Below are positions 25,068-36,000 of a stretch of 64,000 nt of DNA, piece by piece (within the stretch, counting starts at the first letter, position 1; each line of letters opens with the position of its first letter). Under the pieces are notes generated by a model that worked only from the letters and a program-made list of their open reading frames with translations, made no database searches and was not told the DNA's origin. The translations under genes and the position numbers were made by a program. This DNA is from Macrostomum lignano (lineage: Eukaryota), in NCBI GenBank assembly GCA_002269645.1, contig NIVC01003825.1:11068-75067 (forward strand), written 5' to 3'.

Positions 25068-26698
25068 ATGACCGCCACAGCGGCTGTCCAGCTGCTCCTG
25101 TCCGTGCTGTCCCTGCTGCTGCACTGCGGCATCCTGGTGCTGCGCCATCGGGCAGGGAGCTCGGGCGCCCCCGCCTCGGTGACAGCGCAGCTCGCGGCCG
25201 GCCTGCTCGCCTCCGCCGTCTTCGTTGCCGGCAGCGCCGCGGATCTCGCGATTGGCGGCAGCGACTCGGAGGCCGTCGTCGAAAACTCGCTGCAGCGGCT
25301 CCTCCTGCCGGCTGGCAGCGCAGGCGGCTGGCTGGCGGAGGCTGGGCTCTCCATCGCCTGCGCCTGCCTGTCGGCGGACGGCGGCCCGGTGCTGGCCGTC
25401 CTGCTGGTCACCGTGCTGCACGCGGCCGCCGTCATCTCGGCCGAGCGCTGCGCCCACCACTGCGGCGGACTGCCGGCCGGGCGGGCTGCCCTGACGCCTC
25501 GGCGTTGCCTGGCAACCCTGGCCGCTACGGTTGGAGCTGCTGCGGTTGCCATGACGACTGAGGCGGGCGTGAAGTTTGAGATCGGCAAAGCCGGCTGCGA
25601 GATAAGGTAGTTTATATTCACGATGCCTGGAAATATGGATTTGTGGGCCCAGCAACCGAGGATCTGGGAGGCTGGCCCAACAACTGAGGATCTGGGAGGC
25701 TGACCCAGCAACTGAGGATCTGGGAGGCTGGCTCTGCAACTGGGGATTTGGGAGGCTGGCCCAGCAACTGAGGATCTGGGAGGCTGGCCCAGCAACTGAG
25801 GATCTGGGAGGCTGGCCCAGCAACTGGGGATCTGGGAGGCTGGCCCAGTAACTGGGGATCTGAGAGGCTGGCCCAGCAACAGAGGATGTGGGAGGCTGGC
25901 CCAGCAACTCAGGATCTGGGAGGCTGGCCCAGCAACTCAGGATCTGGGAGGCTGGCCCAGCAACTGAGGATCTGGGAGGCTGGCCCAGCAACTGAGGATC
26001 TGGGAGGCTGGCCCAGCAGCTGAGGATCTGGGAGGCTGGCATAGCAAGTGAGGATCTGGGAGGCTGGCATAGCAAGTGAGGATCTGGGAGGCTGGCATAG
26101 CAAGTGAGGATCTGGGAGGCTGGCATAGCAAGTGAGGATCTGGGAGGCTGGCATAGCAAGTGAGGATCTGGGAGGCTAGCCCGCAGCTAAGGATGTCGGA
26201 GGGGCGGTCCGAACTACAGTCTCAGCAACTCGAACTCTCAGAAACGAGACCCTGGCGTCAAACTCGGCCTGGTCGGCTGCCCGCACCGCGGCGGTCTACG
26301 CGAACCTGGCACTGAGCCAAGTCCTGCCTAGCCTAGCGGTGCTGGCTGTGAACTTCGCCACCGTCACCGCTCTCTTCCGCCGGTTCCTGTCCGCTGACTC
26401 CTCCAGCGGGGCGTCTTCGGCCTCGGCGGCGAAGCCGGGCGGCGCCGTTGGAAATTTTTGCGTCTACCGTCGCGCCACCGTCCACGCGGCTCATGAGCGG
26501 CGCGGCACGCTGGCCGCCCTGGCCGCCACCTCCGGAGCCGCCGCTGCCGCTCTGGCCAGCGCCTGCCTGGCCGTCTCCGGCAGCAGCGGCTCGCCGGTCG
26601 CGGCAGCGGCGGAGCGGCTCTGGACTGTCGCCGCGGTGATGGGCAACGCGGTCGCCCAGACTGCGCTGCTGGCGCTGCGGAAGTGTGGGACAGAATGA
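25068..26698 (+). CDS. Divergent seven-transmembrane rhodopsin-like GPCR, ~331 aa
   Basis: Exons 25068-25606 and 26242-26698 (phase 2; AG|GTAG...CTCTCAG|A). Seven hydrophobic segments. TM3 end TVLHAAAVISAERC (DRY-like), LTPRRCLATLAATV (TM4 start), ECL2 Cys, NLALSQVLPSLAVLAVN (TM5), HERRGTLAALA (TM6 start), VMGNAVAQTALLALRK (TM7 position). Confidence 0.65.
25650..26180. repeat. Intronic minisatellite, 28-bp unit GAGGATCTGGGAGGCTGGCCCAGCAACT
   Basis: Fills the GPCR intron 25607-26241; the variant GGCATAGCAAGT is clustered at the 3' end. Confidence 0.93.
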
Positions 26699-26714
26699 CG
26701 AATACGGACTTGGA

Positions 26715-27170
26715 CTGTCACTGACTGTGCTGTCACTGGCTGTGCTGTCACTGACTGTGCTGTCACTGACTGTGCTGTCACTGACTGTGCTGTCACTGGC
26801 TGTGCTGTCACTGGTTGTGCTGTCACTGGCTGCGCTGTCACTGACTGTGTTTGGCTGTGCTGGCACTGGCTATGCTGTCGCTGGCTGTGCTGTCACTGGC
26901 TGTGCTGTCTCTGACTGTGTTTGGCTGTGCTGGCACTGGCTATGCTGTCAATGGCTGTGCTGTCACTGACTGTGTTTGGCTGTGCTCTCACAGGCCTGTA
27001 TGTCACTTGTGATACCAATGTCTGTCACTGGCCATGCTGTCACTGCTTGTGATGTCATTGCCTGTGTCATTGGCTATGTCAGACTTTTCTGTCACCGGCT
27101 GTGTTGTCCCTAGTTGTCTGTGCTGTCACGTCTGTATGCCACTTGTGATGTCACTGTCTTATGACCGGCT
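26715..27170. repeat. Minisatellite, 15-bp unit CACTGACTGTGCTGT, decaying to the right
   Basis: Starts ~17 bp after the GPCR stop codon. Confidence 0.88.
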
Positions 27171-27499
27171 GTTTTGTAGTCACAAATTTTGGAAGCAGTC
27201 AAACCGCAGCCCTCGGACATGCACGTGCAAGCCCAAAAAATGCAACCACTGCCCCTCTAAATTTGAACTTCGAAAAGCGTCAAGTAAATTATGGACGCGT
27301 TTTTTAAGCACCATCATTTTCGAATCAAAGAGTTGCTGTCAGCTATTTCAGAGTTTAGCTACAGGCACCAATGAATAAATTTGTTCACCCGATGGTCGCA
27401 AACTCCACTAGCAGTCACAGACTGGCTTATTTTCCGTTGATTAGCTTCACTTTTATTACAAAAAAATCGTATTGTAGTGTCTCTAGACTCCACATGTAG

Positions 27500-27590
27500 G
27501 TCAAGGGTCCGCAAACTCCGGCTCGCTATGCCTCCCTATCCGGCCCTCGGGTCCTTTGTAGCTGCACAATAGCAATCCGGCCCGCTCAAG
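27500..27590 (+). mobile_element. Possible hAT-type non-autonomous element end
   Basis: CAAGGGTCCGCAAACTCCGGCTCGC...ATCCGGCCC...ATCCGGCCCGC resembles the recalled CAGGGGT..CAAAC..CGGCCCGC termini of hAT MITEs. No matching opposite end confirmed. Confidence 0.3.
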
Positions 27591-28012
27591 GCTTGTCTTA
27601 TCTCTTTTACCTCCTCTCCTTCCTCTCTTCTCTCCTTTACCCCCTCTTCTCACTCCTCTCATCTCCTCTTGTCTCTTCTCTCCCCTCCACTTGTTTCTTC
27701 TCTTCTCTCCTCTCATCTCCCATCCTCCTCTCGTCTTCTTTCCTCTCCTCTCCTCTCCACTCTTCTTCTTTTCTCTTCTCATCTCCCCTCCTCTTTTTTC
27801 ATTTCCCCTCTCCTCTCCTTTTGTCTCACCTCTCCTCTGTTCTCTCCTCTTTCGCTTTTGTACCTGTCCTTTCTTCTTTTCTCACTTCTCTCTTCTCTCC
27901 TCTTCTCTCACATTCCCCCTTTCATCTCATTTTATCTCATCCACTTTCTCACCTCCTCTCATCTTTTCGTTCCTCTTTTCTCTGTCCTCTCTATTCCCTC
28001 TCATTTCCTCTC
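27590..28012. repeat. Polypyrimidine (CT-rich) low-complexity tract
   Basis: Almost exclusively C/T on plus. Confidence 0.9.
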
Positions 28013-28619
28013 TGATCAGGCCCGCAAGCATGATTCTTTATCTGGCCCTAGAAATAAAAAATTTCAAGACCTCTGTCTGCTCCAGGCCGCAGAATGAGAA
28101 GCAACTGTCTGGAAATTGTGTCGCGCCAAAAAGTGAGTAAGAAGAGTGAGAGCAATAAAACTTGACATTTAAACAAATATTGACCGGTTTGATCACAAAT
28201 TCATCCCCAAATTTTCCTAAAAACTACGAGCCGTAACCAACATGGAGAAGAGAATCAACTGAATTTTATTAGGCCCCGTTGAGCCAAGCAGATTATCAGG
28301 AGCGTGTTGCTGCACAACTAATCCGATGCAGGCAGCCAGGCGATAATCCGTCCCGTAGGATTACGAACTGGAAGCGGCCCCTTTAATTATAAATGCAGCT
28401 GATAAATCTGGTTTTAAATTGAAAGCAGCAGTCTCTGAGGAAAAATCGTTAATATTTTAAAAGCTGTCAAATTTGGGAAAAAATCTTGCTTTTCTAAACC
28501 TGCTGCACACACGCGAGAACGAAGCCAGATCTTTTGGAGGGTCTGAAATATCGCTGATGAGATTTCCTGGAATGCTTTTCTTCGCCTAGGGGATTGCGGG
28601 ATAGTTAGGTTGAGACAGA

Positions 28620-29110
28620 GTGTCTAGAGAGATGGCACGGTGTCTGTGGGAATCCCATAATGTCTATAAGAGTGCCATGATGTCTATGGGAATGTCAGGG
28701 TGTCTATGGGAATTTCATGGTGTCTATGGGAATGTCAGGGAGTCTATGGGAATCTCATGATGTCTATGGGAATGCCATGATGTCTATGGGAATTTCATGA
28801 TGTATATGGGAATGTCAGGGTGTCTATAGGAATTTCATGGTGTCTATGGGAATGTCATGATGTCTATGGGAATGTCATGATGTCTGTGGGAATGCCATGA
28901 TGTCTATGGGGATGTCAGGGTGTCTATAGGAATTTCATGGTGTCTATGGGAATGTCAGGGTGTCTATGGGAATGTCATGAAGTATATGGGAATGTCAGGG
29001 TGTCTATAGGAATGTCATGATGTCTATAGGAATGTCATGATGTCTGTGGGAATGCCATGATGTCTATGGGAATGCCAGTGTGTCTAGAGGGGTGTCATGG
29101 TGTCGACGAA
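28620..29110. repeat. Minisatellite, 20-bp unit TGTCTATGGGAATGTCATGA
   Basis: About 24 variant copies, intergenic. Confidence 0.9.
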
Positions 29111-30059
29111 AACTCTGGGGTGTACATGAGAATGCCAGGACGATAAGCAGAGCTTGTATATAATCAAATAAATGACAAAACGCAGTAAGGCCGCAAAATT
29201 ATCGAATAAAATCTCAAAGATCTTCAAGAAGAGTTAAAAACTTGTTGGTTCGATAAGTCACTCTCTAATTCCGGTCATTATTTGGAATTTTTCAGAAATT
29301 TGAGTACATTTTAGCCAAAGACCGCATATTGTACTAGAAGAATGTTAGCCTAGTGTACTACCCCGTTCACCGCCAGCACATGCCGGTTAAGCAGAGTCGG
29401 CAGCGGTTAGTACGTAGCTAATTAACGTTGCCACGTACTTATTTAGTTCCTTAACTTCTTAGCACAAAGTGAAACACTTCTCTAGACTTCTCAAGTGCAG
29501 ACAAATTTGAGAGCCCGCAAACATGCCCGAGTGACCAACGAATAAATAAGGAGTGCAGAAGTTCAGCATGCAGTCGTTGTGTGAAGAGCAGACAACTGAA
29601 TTAGTTATAAACGATCACAGAATTACCAATTGAAGTTCAACTGTCAAAAATAAAAATAAAAAATTTGGGCCACAATAAACTCCGACTTCAGATAGGAAGA
29701 TAATACAATTTGTTAGAAAATGATATCGATATGTTAGATGAGCTATCAATATTGAGCTGAATGCAAATAACACAGGCAAAACAATTATTAAATTTACTGT
29801 AGTTAGCGGATTACGCTGACAGAGTTGGCGATATGTACAATCAACAGACCCGAGTTTAAAGCATAGCAGTAGGTGAGGATTTACCATAGACAGTCAAACC
29901 AGCACTGAAGCGATTCCCTCATCCACCCATGCCAGACTCCTCAGCACACACAAGCACTCACTTTACTCACACGGCCTAGGCGAGTGGATTGCTAGGCTGC
30001 CTTAAAATCTGCAATTAAAAAAACGCGATTAAAAACATTCGGTAGTCATGGCAACGCCG

Positions 30060-33000
30060 TCACAACCCCGACGATTCGCTGCTGCCAAGCCGCCTGAGCA
30101 GGTCGTCCCGCTCAGCCCTGACGGCCGCCAGCTCGGCTTGGCAGCGGGCCAACCGCTTGGCCAGCTCATCTGAGCCCACTGCCTGGCTCTGCTTCTGCTG
30201 CTTGTTCTGCTTTGAGCAGCTGCTGCAGACTGAGTCTGGTCTGGGCTGGTCCGTGGGAGCTGAAAAGTTAGGGCGAAATTGACAGCTCATGACCCATCCT
30301 GAATCTCCATGACCCATCCCGAATCTTCATGACCCATCCTGAATCTCCATGACCAATCCTGAATCTCCATGACCAATCCTGAATCTCCATGACCCATCCT
30401 GAATCTCCATGACCCATTCTGCAACTCCATGATCCATTCCGAATCTCCATGACCCATTCTGCAACTCCATGACCCATTCTGCAACTCCATGACCCATTCT
30501 GCAACTCCATGGCCCATTTTGAATCTCCATGATGACCCATATCTATGACCCATTTTCAGCGTTTAGCCTCACCAACAATCCGCATGACATTGTCCGTTCC
30601 ACGCAGCATGGAGAGGCGGCCGGGAGCCTCCAGCCGGACTGACGGGTGCTCACCGGGGCAGGTGGCGTTCAGACAGGGCTGGTCGGACTGCAGTGGGTGA
30701 ATGAGAATTGCAATATGGGTGAATGGGATTCGCAATATGGGGTGAATGGTATTCACAATACGGGGTGAATGGGATTTGCAATATGGGTGAATGAGAATTG
30801 CAATATGGGTGAATGAGAATTGCAATATGGGTGAATGAGAATTGCAATATGGGGTGAATGGGAATTGCAATATGGGGTGAATGGGAATTGCAATATGGGG
30901 TGAATGGGATTCGCAATATGGGGTGAATGGTATTCACAATACGGGGTGAATGGGATTTGCAATATGGGTGAATGAGAATTGCAATATGGGTGAATGAGAA
31001 TTGCAATATGGGTGAATGAGAATTGCAATATGGGGTGAATGGGAATTGCAATATGGGGTGAATGGGAATTGCAATATGGGGTGAATGGGATTCGCAATAT
31101 GGGGTGAATGGTATTCACAATACGGGGTGAATGGGATTTGCAATATGGGTGAATGAGAATTGCAATATGGGTGAATGAGAATTGCAATATGGGTGAATGA
31201 GAATTGCAATATGGGTGAATGAGAATTGCAATATGGGGTGAATGGGAATTGCAATATGGGGTGAATGGGAATTGCAATGTGGGGTGAATGGGATTTGCAA
31301 TATGGGGTGAAGGGATTTGCAATATGGGTGAATGAGAATTGCAATATGGGTGAATGGGATTTGCAATATGCGTGAATGGGATTCGCAATATGGGTGAATG
31401 GGATTTGCAATATGGGTGAATGGGATTCGCAATATGGGTAAATGGGATTTGCAATATGGGTGAATGGGATTTGCAATATGGGTGAATGGGATTCGCAATA
31501 TGGGTGAATGGGATTCGCAATATGGGTGAATGGGATTTGCAATATGGGTGAATGGGATTTACAATATGGGGTGAATGGGATTCGCAATATGGGGTGAAAA
31601 GGAACTGAATTTAGTAAACGGACACTCTCCAGTGGTTGAATAGAAATCGAGCTCAGGACCTCTATATTCGATTTAAAAAATGATTTTAGTCCACACCGTG
31701 ACATTTCTATGACCCCCACTGCACTCGTGCACCTGCTTCTCCAGCTTTGCGGGCAAAGACCCGCCTTGATATCGAGTTTCAGCCTTGCCAATAAGCAGTC
31801 CCCCATTGCCGCTTCAATGGTTATTGCCCAGCCAGGCGCGAGTTGAACATGATATCAGGTACTGATTCTGGCTAACAGGGGCCAATACTTTAGGTTAAGT
31901 TATGGCGAATTAAAATTGTTTAAAGTATTGTTGTAGCATGCAGTGTTATTGGTGCAGGAGTAGACAAGGGTATTTATTACTTTGCTCACGAACTACAGAC
32001 AATTTTAGACTAAGATGTGATAGCATATCGGGCAGAGCAGTGTCACAGAGAGTGCAACTGGGAGTGCCACTGGGAGTGCTACAGGGACAGGGAGTGCTAC
32101 AGGGAGTGCCACTGGGAGTGCCACTGGGAGTGCCACTGGGAGTGTTACTGGGAGTGCCACTGGGAGTGCTACAGGGAGTGCCACTGGGAGTGCTACAGGT
32201 AGTGTTACTGGGAGTGCCACTGGGAGTGCTACAGGGAGTGCCACTGGGAGTGCTACTGGGAGTGTTACTGGGAGTGCCACTGGGAGTGCTACAGGGAGTG
32301 CCACTGGGAGTGCTACAGGGACTGGGAGTGCTACTGGGAGTGCCACTGGGAGTGCTACAGGGAGTGCCACTGGGAGTGCTACAGGGACTGGGAGTGCTAC
32401 AGGGAGTGCCACTGGGAGTGCCACCGGGAGTGCTACAGGAAGTGCTACTGGGAGTGCCACTGGGAGTGCCACTGGGAGTGCCACTGGGAGTGCTACTGGG
32501 AGTGCCACTGGGAGTGCTACAGGGAGTGCTACAGGGAGTGCCACTGGGAGTGCTACAGGGACTGGGAGTGCTACAGGGAGTGCCACTGGGAGTGCCACCG
32601 GGAGTGCTACAGGAAGTGCTACTGGGAGTGCCACTGGGAGTGCCACTGGGAGTGCCACTGGGAGTGCCACTGGGAGTGCTACTGGGAGTGCCACCGGGAG
32701 TGCTACAGGGAGTGCCACTGGGAGTGCTACAGGGAGTGCCACTGGGAGTGCTACAGGGAGTGCCACTGGGAGTGCTACTGGGAGTGCCACTGGGAGTGCC
32801 ACTGGGAGTGCTACTGGGAGTGCTACTGGGAGTGCTACTGGGAGTGCTACAGGGAGTGCCACTGGGAGTGCTACAGGGAGTGCCACTGGGAGTGCTACAG
32901 GGAGTGCCACTGGGAGTGCTACTGGGAGTGCTACAGAGAGTGTCACAGGGAGTGTCACAGGGAGTGGCATCGGGGGTGACAAAAGGAGTGCCATAGGGAG

Positions 33001-36000
33001 TGACAAAAGGGGTGCCATCGGGGTGACAAAAGGAGTGCCATCGGGGGTGACAAAAGGAGTGCCATCGGGAGTGACAAAAGGAGTGCCATCGGGAGTGACA
33101 AAAGGGGTGCCCCAAGGAGTCAATGAGTGACACACAATGCGCCGCGCCCTTTGCTTACCACAAGCTCCGCCTTGACGGCCTCCACAAGCAGGCGCATCGG
33201 CAGGGCCGGCAGCAGCAGCTCGTCCTCGAAGAAGTCACCAAGGCCGGCCAGCACGGACAGTCCGGCTGACAGGGACAAATCGGCCGCCTGGACGAACACC
33301 TCGCTGTTGCCCGGATCCTCCAGCTTCCGCGCCTCATCAATATAGACTCGAACCCGAAGCCGCGCCGGTTTGGCTTGGAGACCGTCGCCGCTGCCGACAT
33401 CGTCCAGAACGTTGACACGCGGCTGCCGGGCTGTCAGCGCGGCGCTCAATGCGACTCTCGAATTGGCGTCGTCGGCTGCGGCCAGGCCGACCCGGCGGGA
33501 AGCGATGCGCACCAGCGAGCCCGCGTGGTCCACCGTCACCAGCACGCTGGAGCCCAGCAGGCCGCCAGTCAGGCTGGGCAGCCGCACCTCCGAGCCACCG
33601 CCGCCGCCTCCGCCGGTTGTCTCATCCTCGTCCTTGTCGACGCTGTCGGCCACCGACAGACCGGGCACGGCCAGGCAGGCGCCGGCCTGGGCGGCGGCCT
33701 GAGCGGCGGCCTCGGCCTCTTCGAGCAGCTGCAGGCGACGCTGCTGAACCTCGCTGGCGCTGAGGTCGTCGCTGGACACGGAGACCCGCTCCCAGTCGTC
33801 GCCAACGTCGGAGCCGCCGCTGTCTAAGCTGGCCGCCGAGCCCTGCAAGATTTTGGATACTTCAGAGGTTCAGTTTTCGGAACCAGGGGTTGCGGAGCGA
33901 AAGTTATATCTAAAAATCATCATACTACTGAAGCTCCTGCTCAGTAGTGTAGTAAGCAAATAGCTTAAATTCCATGGAAAGGCTGAAGCAACCAACCCGG
34001 TGCTTTGCACTGGCAACCAAGCGGCGGCCAAGGCGCTCTACAAACTGTTGAGGCGCATTGGACTGCTGCTGCTGCTGCTGATGATGATGTTGCTGTTGCC
34101 TAGCAACTGCGATTGGCGACGCGCTTGGCGACGAAGCTGAAGCTGTTGAAGGCGACGAGGAAGCTCCGGAGACGAGGAACTCGACGGGAGCGGAGGCGGC
34201 GTAGGCGGGGGCGCCGGGCGGACCCTCAGCCGAGCAGCTGTTGTTGACGGCCTGCCGGGCAAAGCTGGCGGCGTCCTCAGAGCCCGGGTCGGTGTCGGCG
34301 TCTGACGAGTCGCCGCTGGCCGAGCTGGAGCAGCAGCTGTCCGAGGCGCTGGCCGGGCAGGCCGGGTCCAGCAGGAGGCGCAGGCGGGCTCGGGGAATCG
34401 GCAACCAGACGGCGGCCACGGGGCCGGGCGGCCGGTCAGGCAGCCGCATGCCGCGCCGGTCCCGCTGAAGGCAGTCGGCAAAGTCGGCGAAGTCTTCGCC
34501 CATGCGCAGCAGGAACAGGTACTGCAGGTGCGTGAGGGCCAGCCGCAGCTCCCTGCCCGGGTCGGAGGGCAGGTCCAGCAGCACCACGAAGGAGTCCGGC
34601 GAGGAGCCCGCGGCAAGGAACGCATCGACGCGCCCGGCATCCAGGCAGGGCTGGCGGCGCGTCTTTCTGGTGTCGGCGCCGGGCGCGGCAAAGTCGCACC
34701 AGAGCCGGGGGCAGCGGAGGTGCCACACGGAGGATGGCGGAGCCACCGGGCCAACGGAGGCCGCCGCCTCGGCCAATGCGACGCGAAACGGCAGCCAGTC
34801 AAAGTCGGGATCGCCGGGGAAGTCGCCGGTTGAAGAGTCGGCTGCAGAAATGGCGGCCGCCAGCGAGTCGGCGAAGCCGGCCGGATCGTTGGAGATCGTC
34901 ACGGAGTCCGCTTGCGCCTCCAGCACAGTTGGCCGGACCTGGTGCAGCTGCGGTGGCTGCTGCTCAGGTGCAGCCTTTGCTGGGATGAGCAGCTGCGTTG
35001 AGAATGAGGGGGCGAAGAGACTCCTCAATATGCTGTTCTCAGGGTCCTCAACGTGTTGTCCTCAGAGGCCTGAATATACTGTCCTCAGGGGCCTGAATAT
35101 ACTGTCCTCAGGGGCCTGAATATACTGTCCTCAGGGGCCTGAATATACTGTCCTCAGGAGTCTGAATATACTGTCCTCAGGGGCCTCAAAGTGCTGTCCT
35201 CAGGGGCCTGAATATGCTGTCCTCAGGGGCCTGAATATACTGTCCTCAGGGGCCTCAAAGTGCTGTCCTCAGGGGCCTGAATATACTGTCTTCAGGGCCT
35301 GAATATACTGTCCTCAGGGGTCTGAATATACTGTCTTCAGGGCCTGAATATACTGTCCTCAGGGGTCTGAATATACTGTCTTCAGGGCCTGAATATACTG
35401 TCTTCAGGGCCTGAATATACTGTCCTCAGGGGCCTGAATATACTGTCCTCAGGGGCCTTAACTTGCTGTCCTCAGGGTCTTCAAAGTACTGTCCTTGGGG
35501 TCTTCCATGTGTTGTCTTCAGGGGCTTCTATATGATGTCCTCAGGGGCCTCAAGGTGCTGTCAACAAGGGCTCAGATGCTATTCTCAGGGCCTCAGATGC
35601 TATCTCCATGACCCATCCTGAATCTCCATGACCCATCCTGAATCTCCATGACCAATCCTGAATCTCCATGACCCATCCTGAATCTCCATGACCAATCCTG
35701 AATCTCCATGACCCATCCTGAATCTCCATGACCAATCCTGAATCTCCATGACCCATCCTGAATCTCCATGACCCATCCTGGACCCATCCATGACCCACCC
35801 ATCCATCTAAAATCAGAGCCCCAGAGACAGCCATGGAGATGAGCAGGTCTCACCCTCGGGAAGATGCTCTCGGCCAGGACGTGCAGCGGTTCGCTGGAGC
35901 CGCTGGACTGAATCTGCAGCTGCTCCTGAAGCAATAACGGGGTGAGAGTTGAGCTGAGACATCTGCAGTTGCTACTTGTTAGTAGAGTCGTGCGCAAAAA

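Noticed and set aside
31600-31860. Unique segment between two arrays as an extra BLTP3 exon
   Set aside because: No convincing in-phase acceptor/donor pair was found, and exons 11 and 12 already join in phase 0.
30268-33135. Long repetitive ORFs (HPILQFPFT, ALPV, GVPL, TPSG)
   Set aside because: They come from intronic arrays of BLTP3 and are open in several frames on both strands, which is typical of stop-free repeat units.
33127-35119. Plus-strand and alternative-frame ORFs over BLTP3 exons 10-11 (likewise over RalGPS, calpain, GPCR and WSC exons)
   Set aside because: Shadow ORFs expected from very GC-rich codon usage; no independent motifs.
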